Shown here piece by piece: positions 61,939 through 64,000 of a stretch of 64,000 bases of DNA. The position numbers and the translations under genes were made by a program. The stretch spans positions 1,426,001 to 1,490,000 of the forward strand of contig JAWMAR010000051.1 in assembly GCA_036785375.1 (NCBI GenBank), written 5' to 3'. The DNA comes from Leucoraja ocellata (Eukaryota). Each line of letters begins with the position of its first letter. The stretch's first letter is position 1. The notes under the pieces were generated by a model. That model was given only the letters and a program-made list of their open reading frames with translations. It was not told where the DNA came from and did not search any database.

Positions 61939-64000
61939 TATAATTGAGTGCACCATATCTCCTACTAAGCAAACTGCTTGCACCATTCACCGCATAGCTG
62001 CCATTTAGCCTCAGCTCTGGCCAGCTCCCAAATGCCAACAATAGAATCCCCAACCATCATTCACACTTACTTGTGACGTGCACATGGTACCTCAAGATAT
62101 GGTTCTACCCACGACTTGGATTCTCCAATTGATTGGAACAAATTTCCCCACCACAGTGTCTCTCGGTCCCCAATGCACCAACCTCCTCTCGTAGCCTATG
62201 ACCTTCTGAACCAGGCTTCCAGCCAATTGCCCTCCACCCTATCACTCATACTGCTTGTGGCTGGGAACTTCTCTTGAAGAAGTTCTTTAGTATAATTCTG
62301 CAGGAATAGTTGAGAAAACCATTCTTAGTTGAGCAAATCATAATCTCACAGCAGCCCAGCCCAATACAGATTTTTTCCCTCCGGACTGAAATCCAATCTA
62401 ATGCTTCACTTTGTCTATTTAAAGTCAATCTATTTGTTTTGTCCTCATTAAGATGCCAGAAAGATGATTGACTTAATAAAATTCCGGAATCAAGATATAA
62501 ACACGCTTTTTAATAAGAGCATTTTTCACTTCTCTTTCACTGACATTTACTTATTAATTTGTCAAAAGCTTTCTGTAATATGTTCCTGGCCTTTAGCATT
62601 TCTGGCAGACAAAAAAAAAAACAAAAGGAGAATAAAACAACAAATGCTACCACGTACTTTATCATATCGGACAAAAGGAAGAATTTTTTATACCATTCCA
62701 AAGTTGAAAGTCCCCATGGACTTTCTATTGATCAGGTAAGCATTTCCTGAACATGTTGTACTGTCAGGAGCTAATGGTGATTTTTGTCAAGTGTTGCCTT
62801 CTGGGAGCTTGAATACAATTAAGGGGTAAGTGTTGGTGAATATTTTCATACCCTTTGGAGGGTCTCGAGGGAGGAACTAGCAAGGGACACAAGACATTTC
62901 CAGCTGTACTACGCTTTCCACAAGTAGTTTTTTTTTCAAAAGATAAAAAGCAAACCTGCTTCTGACTGGCTGCCTTCCAAAACAGGATCCTCATTTGAAT
63001 GCAGAAATGGAGAATTAATCCGCTCATGCTATTTCCCTGCCTAAAGATATTTTTATATTTCATGTCAAATGTGAAGTAAGTTGATTATATCCTTAGAACA
63101 TTTATCTTTTGAACTTGCGCAGGGTTTAAATCCATTTTCTCATTTCTTTGAATGCCTCCTTTTATTGAAATAGATCCATTACTTTAATGTTCTTAAATTT
63201 CCTCAACTAATCTTTTGCAGAATAAGCAATTTATTCAGCCCAAACCCACCTATTTAAAAACAAGTTTTTGGAATTCTCGTTACTGATCATAACCAGTGTA
63301 GACCAATGCTCAAATCTGGATTGTGATAGTATCAATGCTTTCACCCAAGGCTAGAAGCATTAATTTTTCTTCTTAAATCAACCACTTTAATAGTTTCATT
63401 TGGAGTTTGAAAGGAATTGGTGAGAGAGAAAGAGAGTGCATTGCAGCCAACAGATTTTGAACCAAATGTTGTCATTGTTGTAGTTACTATCCATTTACCA
63501 GATTATAAAAGTCAATTAGATTCTGAATGTATCTTGGTGACAAATGGATAGAAGGTTCCCCACATCATCCTGTTTACTTACATTTATGTAGATTGTCGTT
63601 TCTGGTTCATGAACCCACGACAAACAGAAGCCGAATAGCATTGCAAATAAAAGCTTAGAATTGCATTTGTATTGATTCCCTGTTAATCTTACAAGATTTC
63701 CCCTCCTGTTAATATCAATATTTTTATTTTTAGGCACGTGGCTATTATATCCTTCAAATGTTATAGACTTTATTCATACACAATCTATTGTTTTTATGTT
63801 GATAATTTCCAATGGGCCAAAGCATTCACATTTTGTAAAACTGAAACGTTAAGAAACATTATTTATTTTTATTTTTCAATTGGCAAAAGCAGTGCATTAA
63901 ATTATATTTCATGAATGCATTTGATTCCGAGTTTAGATGTACAATTGAACATTCTGGTCTTTATTAATTGTTCTTTTTAATCTATTAATGTCAGAATAGA

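Overview
Eukaryotic (vertebrate) genomic DNA. The repeat content (tRNA-derived V-SINE/HE1-like SINEs and CR1/HER1-like LINEs) points to a cartilaginous fish, probably a skate or ray; this is an inference. The window holds the 5' part of the estrogen-related receptor gamma gene (ESRRG/NR3B3) on the + strand. It has a first coding exon with 5'UTR and promoter (CDS 29823-29878, MDFVELCLPESFSLRYNEE), the 413-nt A/B-domain plus first zinc-finger exon (52641-53053) and the 117-nt second zinc-finger exon (55961-56077). The gene continues beyond the window. Almost all other ORFs in the track are spurious or transposon-derived. Mobile DNA includes a full-length but decayed Tc1 (DD34E, IR/DR ends), two PIF/Harbinger-type MITEs, a 400-bp non-autonomous Helitron, a young 5'-truncated Penelope-like element (GIY-YIG ORF, 16-bp TSD, hammerhead ribozyme motif), CR1 and RTE fragments, and SINEs. 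There are also about 14 short Penelope-derived pieces, several of them fold-back elements whose inversion pivot lies at the hammerhead motif. The most interesting signals are this hammerhead/fold-back family, a strong-context uORF overlapping the long-isoform start codon, the Helitron, and candidate alternative or recursive splice sites.
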